Below are positions 62,815 through 64,000 of a DNA stretch of 64,000 bases, piece by piece. A program made the translations under genes and the position numbers. The stretch spans positions 682,001-746,000 of the forward strand of contig OZ249436.1 of NCBI GenBank assembly GCA_965235115.1, read 5' to 3'. Origin of the DNA: Laetmonice hystrix (lineage: Eukaryota). The notes below the pieces were generated by a model. It worked only from the letters and a program-made list of their open reading frames with translations. It was not told the DNA's origin and ran no database searches. Every line of letters starts with the position of its first letter. Within the stretch, counting starts at the first letter, position 1.

Positions 62815-63223
62815 TACAGGCATACAGACAAAGGATTCTGAGGATACATGTGGGAATAAAACTGTTTTTATCAAGTGTTTAGATAGAAAAGGCACAGGTA
62901 AATACAGACAAAGGATTCTGAGGATACATGTGGGAATAAAACTGTTTTTTATCAAGTGTTTAGATAGAAAAGGCGCAGGTAAATACAGACAAAGGATTCT
63001 GAGGATACATGTGGGAATAAAACTGTTTTTTATCAAGTGTTTAGATAGAAAAGGCACAGGTAAATACAGACAAAGGATTCTGAGGATACATATGGGAATA
63101 AAACTGTTTTTATCAAGTGTTTAGATAGAAAAGGCGCAGGTAAATACAGACAAAGGATTCTGAGGATACATCTAGGGATAAAACTGTTTTTATCAAGTGT
63201 TTAGATAGAAAAGGCGCAGGTAA
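62815..63223. repeat. ~80-bp unit x5
   Basis: caggtaaatacagacaaaggattctgaggatacatgtgggaataaaactg... repeated. Confidence 0.92.
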
Positions 63224-63632
63224 TATGACCCGCTCAGATGATAACTCAAAGGAAACTAAAACGTGAAACTTGAGTGTGACCAAGTCGTGAGACCAGCAGC
63301 AGAAGAATTATTAGAGTGAAACATGAATGCGGAACTCAAGTATTAATTTAGTGGAAAAAGAAACGGCAGCAAACGTTAAAAAAAACAGGCCACCGACTTC
63401 GTGACGAGCTAACGGGTCATTATACTCGACGTGAACAGCAACCAGTAAGGTGGTGAATTTATTATCGTCTTGACGGCCACAGAAATACTCCTGTAGACTC
63501 GGATAAATGTAGTCTTTACCATTAGACATTATTAAATGTGAGCTCGTATATTCTCATAAATTCATCTTTCTCCGTTATGAATGTATCTCCCAGTTTAAAC
63601 AAGCATGTTTAAAAAGGAAAGTCGCCATTATA

Positions 63633-64000
63633 TTGGTGTTTATGTTTCTTTGTGTCCTTTGTAAACAAGAAGTATTATTATACCGCAGAAACTACCAATT
63701 GTAAGTCACACTCTAAATGTGTTATGTTGGTGTTTATGTTTGTAAACAAGAAGTATTATTGTACCGCAGAAACTACCAATTGTGAGTCACACTGTAAATG
63801 TGTTATGTTGGTGTTTATGTTTGTAAACAAGAAGTATTATTATACCGCAGAAACTACCAATTGTGAGTCACACTCTAAATGTGTTATGTTGGTGTTTATG
63901 TTTGTAAACAAGAAGTATTATTGTACCGCAGAAACTACCAATTGTGAGTCACACTGTAAATGTGTTATGTTGGTGTTTATGTTTCTTTGTGTCCTTTGTA
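63633..64000. repeat. ~88-bp unit x~4, runs off the window end
   Basis: ttggtgtttatgtttgtaaacaagaagtattattataccgcagaaactaccaattg... repeated. Confidence 0.9.

Overview
Eukaryotic (metazoan, probably invertebrate; this is inference) genomic DNA with spliceosomal GT-AG genes. Four genes were reconstructed by hand from splice sites. PDAP1 (- strand, 6 coding exons, 204 aa) lies head-to-head with BUD31 (+, 4 exons, 144 aa) across only ~216 bp. CRLF3 (-, 7 coding exons, 470 aa) converges on BUD31. An unidentified membrane-protein gene (+) has a ~2-kb low-complexity exon, a 17.3-kb intron and a second exon; its 3' end was not found. Much of the window is minisatellite (22-134 bp units) plus small non-autonomous transposons: TTAA-, TA-, TWA-, 5-bp- and 10-bp-TSD MITEs, a DINE-1/Helentron-like element and a tRNA-derived V-type SINE. 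The most striking pattern is that at least eight exon-intron junctions of these genes have themselves been tandemly amplified into the intron. This creates arrays of decoy splice sites, stop-containing pseudo-exons and candidate micro-exons. Nearly all long ORFs in the supplied track are artefacts of tandem repeats. No CRISPR, rRNA or genuine tRNA gene was found.
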